From Vitrella brassicaformis CCMP3155 (lineage: Eukaryota > Protista > Chromerida), in assembly GCA_001179505.1 (NCBI GenBank), contig CDMY01000923.1:1-10396 (forward strand): DNA of 10,396 nucleotides, in the 5' to 3' direction. Position numbers and translations under genes: made by a program. Below are positions 7,821 to 10,396 of the stretch, piece after piece; the stretch's first letter is position 1; each line of letters opens with the position of its first letter. Below the pieces are notes generated by a model. That model ran no database searches, was not told the origin of the DNA, and saw only the letters and a program-made list of their open reading frames with translations.

Positions 7821-8120
7821 NNNNNNNNNNNNNNNNNNNNNNNNNNNNNNNNNNNNNNNNNNNNNNNNNNNNNNNNNNNNNNNNNNNNNNNNNNNNNNNN
7901 NNNNNNNNNNNNNNNNNNNNNNNNNNNNNNNNNNNNNNNNNNNNNNNNNNNNNNNNNNNNNNNNNNNNNNNNNNNNNNNNNNNNNNNNNNNNNNNNNNNN
8001 NNNNNNNNNNNNNNNNNNNNNNNNNNNNNNNNNNNNNNNNNNNNNNNNNNNNNNNNNNNNNNNNNNNNNNNNNNNNNNNNNNNNNNNNNNNNNNNNNNNN
8101 NNNNNNNNNNNNNNNNNNNN
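7821..8120. other. Assembly gap (300 N)
   Basis: Run of N directly abutting the second copy of the direct repeat. Confidence 0.99.
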
Positions 8121-8969
8121 AGTGCTACTCTCGAGAGCCTCTCCGAGAGCTATAGACGTCATCATCGCACCATCCGCCTCCCCTCTTATCAGCGATGAGC
8201 TTCTTTTCCAAGTTGTTCGACCTTCCTGCTTTCGACGGCGTCAGTTACGACGTTCGCTGCAGCCTCAGGCCAGGCAGTGAGGTGGAGCGAGAGTTGAATG
8301 CCGAGCAGGCTGTGGCAGAGGAGGATAGTGGTGAGCAGGTGAACGTAGATATCGATTGAAGTGTGTTGGTGTGGTGAGTGACTGTCTCTGCATGAGTCAT
8401 GCGTGTTTTTGGACATTCCATCACTCGATCTGTCGATAGCTCGTCGCATTCCATCACTCATTCGCCAGTGAATCACTCCCGCTTGTCTGTCTCGCCCAAG
8501 CAACGCTCAAGCACTTGCTTTGCTGGCTCTCCTCGTCCTCGCCGCCGGCGGGGTTGCTTTTTTTTTCTTTTTTCCGGGCCAAGCTCGACGCCAGGCGAGT
8601 CAGGTGGCCTGCCGGGATGCCCTGGTGACTCAAACAGGCAAGCAGAAGGCGTGCGAATTTGGTCGGCTAAATGGGACAACGGATATATGGGACATTTTGA
8701 TGGTCATGTTCTGAGATGAAAATCATTCGACGGTGATTTGCGACGAAAAGGCGAGTCTGCTTGGCGAGGTTGAGTCTCGATGTAAACGGAAGAGCGGCTG
8801 TCAGATGAGGCACGAAGACCCATATATATATTTGTGACTAACGAGAGGGTGGTCAACAGAGTCACCTGAGGCATCTGGCGGCATTCATCCAGCCGAACAC
8901 ACGTTTGTGCAGCCCTGATGTGTTCGGCATGTTCCTCCTCAGTGCAACCACTCATCGTGAGAGCGATTT
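8121..8969 (+). repeat. Direct repeat, copy 2 (partner 6585-7481)
   Basis: Starts at the gap edge with agtgctactctcgagagcc, identical to 6585 onward. Confidence 0.95.
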
Positions 8970-9008
8970 CACGACAAGGCAAGGTCTGTGCGAAACTGGA
9001 TGGCGGAC

Positions 9009-9297
9009 GAAGAAGGCAGCTACCGCTGCAAAGAGCCATCAGCCGCTGCAGAAAGACATCTCGCCACTCAAAAAGACGGATTTCCATTGCAAAAAGCCAG
9101 ATGGCCCATCAAAAAGCCATCTATCTTTCTGTACAAAAAGACAGCTTTCCGCAACAGAAAGACAGCTTTCTGCACAGAAAGACAGCTTTCTGCACAGAAC
9201 GACACCTTTCTCGAGCTCCAGACAGCTCGCTGAGGCAGAAAGACATCTTTCCGGCGGGCGTGACATCTCTCCAATCGGCGTGACATCTTTCCGGAGC
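9009..9297 (+). repeat. Degenerate minisatellite of ~14 units of 20-24 bp, consensus CA(G/A)AAAGACAGCTTTC(T/C)GCA
   Basis: Units start at about 9009, 9029, 9049, 9069, 9090, 9110, 9134, 9155, 9175, 9195, 9216, 9236, 9258 and 9278. The units at 9155 and 9175 are identical (cagaaagacagctttctgca). Confidence 0.85.
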
Positions 9298-9785
9298 ACG
9301 CTGATCAGTCTGACGGCTGCCTGCCTCTCGAGGCACCAGCTGCTTCAATGCACTACACTCAACGCTCACAAGCTGTCAGGTAGTGTCCAGAAGTTTCTAT
9401 TCTGACTGGATAGCCAGATCTCGCCTTCTTGCGCGCGGATTGTGAAACCAGCCCTTAGGAAATAGACATACGCACAATCGTGGTGGGTTCCTGACAGAGA
9501 GACACAGCATGAGTTCATGTGGAGGATGTGAGTGATGCATGTTTAATCTGCTGGTTATTTCAAAGGTGGCATTGGCATATGCTTCACGAATATTTGGCTA
9601 ACGATCCATGGATATTAGCTGCTGGTAGAATTGAAAACGGACGGCATAAAAGTTCACACCCAAACGCAGGCATACTTTATTCACACATCGTTGCACCCTT
9701 CGCATACCTTCCGCCGGTGCAGAATCGTGCATAACGTGCTGCGGTCGCCAGAGGGCCACGGAAGGCCAGCGCGTTCCCGAGCGGG

Positions 9786-10041
9786 GCACACAGGCCACGC
9801 ACCGGGGCCGTGAGGTGGCTGGCTGGACCTGGATGCTGCGTATGTGTTGTACGTCTATCGTGGTGCATGTCTCACGCTTGGTTGCAGTGCGCAACATGCA
9901 TTTGTTTGCAGCCAATAAGCGTTTTGCATTGTCTTCGCGCGTTTGTTCCCATTTCCTTGCTTGATACGAACTGAGGCCTAGACGAACTTCGTCCCCCGCT
10001 CTCTGCCTTTAATGCGATTACAAAGTGCTGTGCATCGTTGC
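9786..10041 (-). repeat. Right arm of the long inverted repeat (partner 1-256)
   Basis: Reverse complement of the window start: ...caaagtgctgtgcatcgttgc ends at 10041. Confidence 0.97.
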
Positions 10042-10340
10042 AAAGTGGATCCCGTGTCTCTAACACTCTATTGCCACACCGACGGAAGAAAACGCCAGTT
10101 AACATGCGTTCGTATCACAAATGGTCATGAGTGACGCATGAATAAATGAATAAACACTGCACGTATCATTTCCGCATACGTCAGCCTGCAACTTGTTCCG
10201 TCTCTCCAACAGCGCCGACGCTAGACGAATGGTACTGTCGTCAGTTTCATGCTGGTGGAAAAGTACCATCTTTTTGCGTGCTAAACAGTTTACAGGGCAG
10301 AATCAAGGTCCGTGAATCCAACCCCAGAGCCGCATTCGCA

Positions 10341-10396
10341 ATGATGAAAGTCTTCTCTCCAATGGCACAGGCAGTACTCGTCCTTCTTCTGGTGTG
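10341..10396 (+). CDS. Possible start of a signal-peptide-bearing protein, cut by the window edge
   Basis: ATG at 10341 reads MMKVFSPMAQAVLVLLLV..., a basic N-region followed by a hydrophobic run; only 18 codons are visible. Confidence 0.35.
   Translation, partial: MMKVFSPMAQAVLVLLLV

Noticed and set aside
9257-9295. GRDISP / DIF peptides as the missing xDISF continuation of the methyltransferase
   Set aside because: These are units of the minisatellite, with no acceptor site or further family motifs.
9009-9297. CRISPR array
   Set aside because: Units are contiguous 20-24-mers with no unique spacers, the context is eukaryotic, and no cas genes are present.
8905-9405. 166-aa ORF across the minisatellite as a real gene
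   Set aside because: The repeat peptide changes frame from unit to unit and several overlapping frames are open, which is typical of stop-poor tandem repeats.

Overview
Eukaryotic genomic DNA: GC-rich, with short (~80-120 nt) GT-AG introns and CA/TC/CCCT microsatellites. The style resembles the chromerid alveolate Vitrella brassicaformis, but this is unverified. It contains two placeholder gaps of exactly 300 N (5575-5874, 7821-8120). Genes: (1) a 5-exon SV2/SVOP/OCT-like MFS transporter on + (571-2576) with a single 1-bp frameshift in its conserved TM11 motif; (2) a convergent multi-exon, charged/coiled-coil-like gene of unknown function on - (about 2823-4160); (3) the first two exons of a secreted/anchored METTL24/Methyltransf_22-like methyltransferase on + (5229-6193), missed by the ORF track; (4) a possible signal-peptide gene start at the right edge. 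The main signal is a dense set of small terminal-inverted-repeat elements. These are a 92-bp TA-flanked Tc1/mariner-type MITE, a related one-ended element with the same 16-bp-periodic internal repeats that begins exactly where the methyltransferase exon breaks off, and an AT-rich element with 22-bp TIRs and a perfect 8-bp TSD inside the methyltransferase intron. Other structure includes a ~256-bp near-perfect inverted repeat bracketing almost the whole window, a ~0.9-kb direct duplication that switches abruptly from identical to diverged, and a ~14-unit array of ~20-bp quasi-palindromes. I see no evidence for a new enzymatic or defence system. The best candidates for novelty are the transposon families and the large inverted-repeat-bounded architecture.
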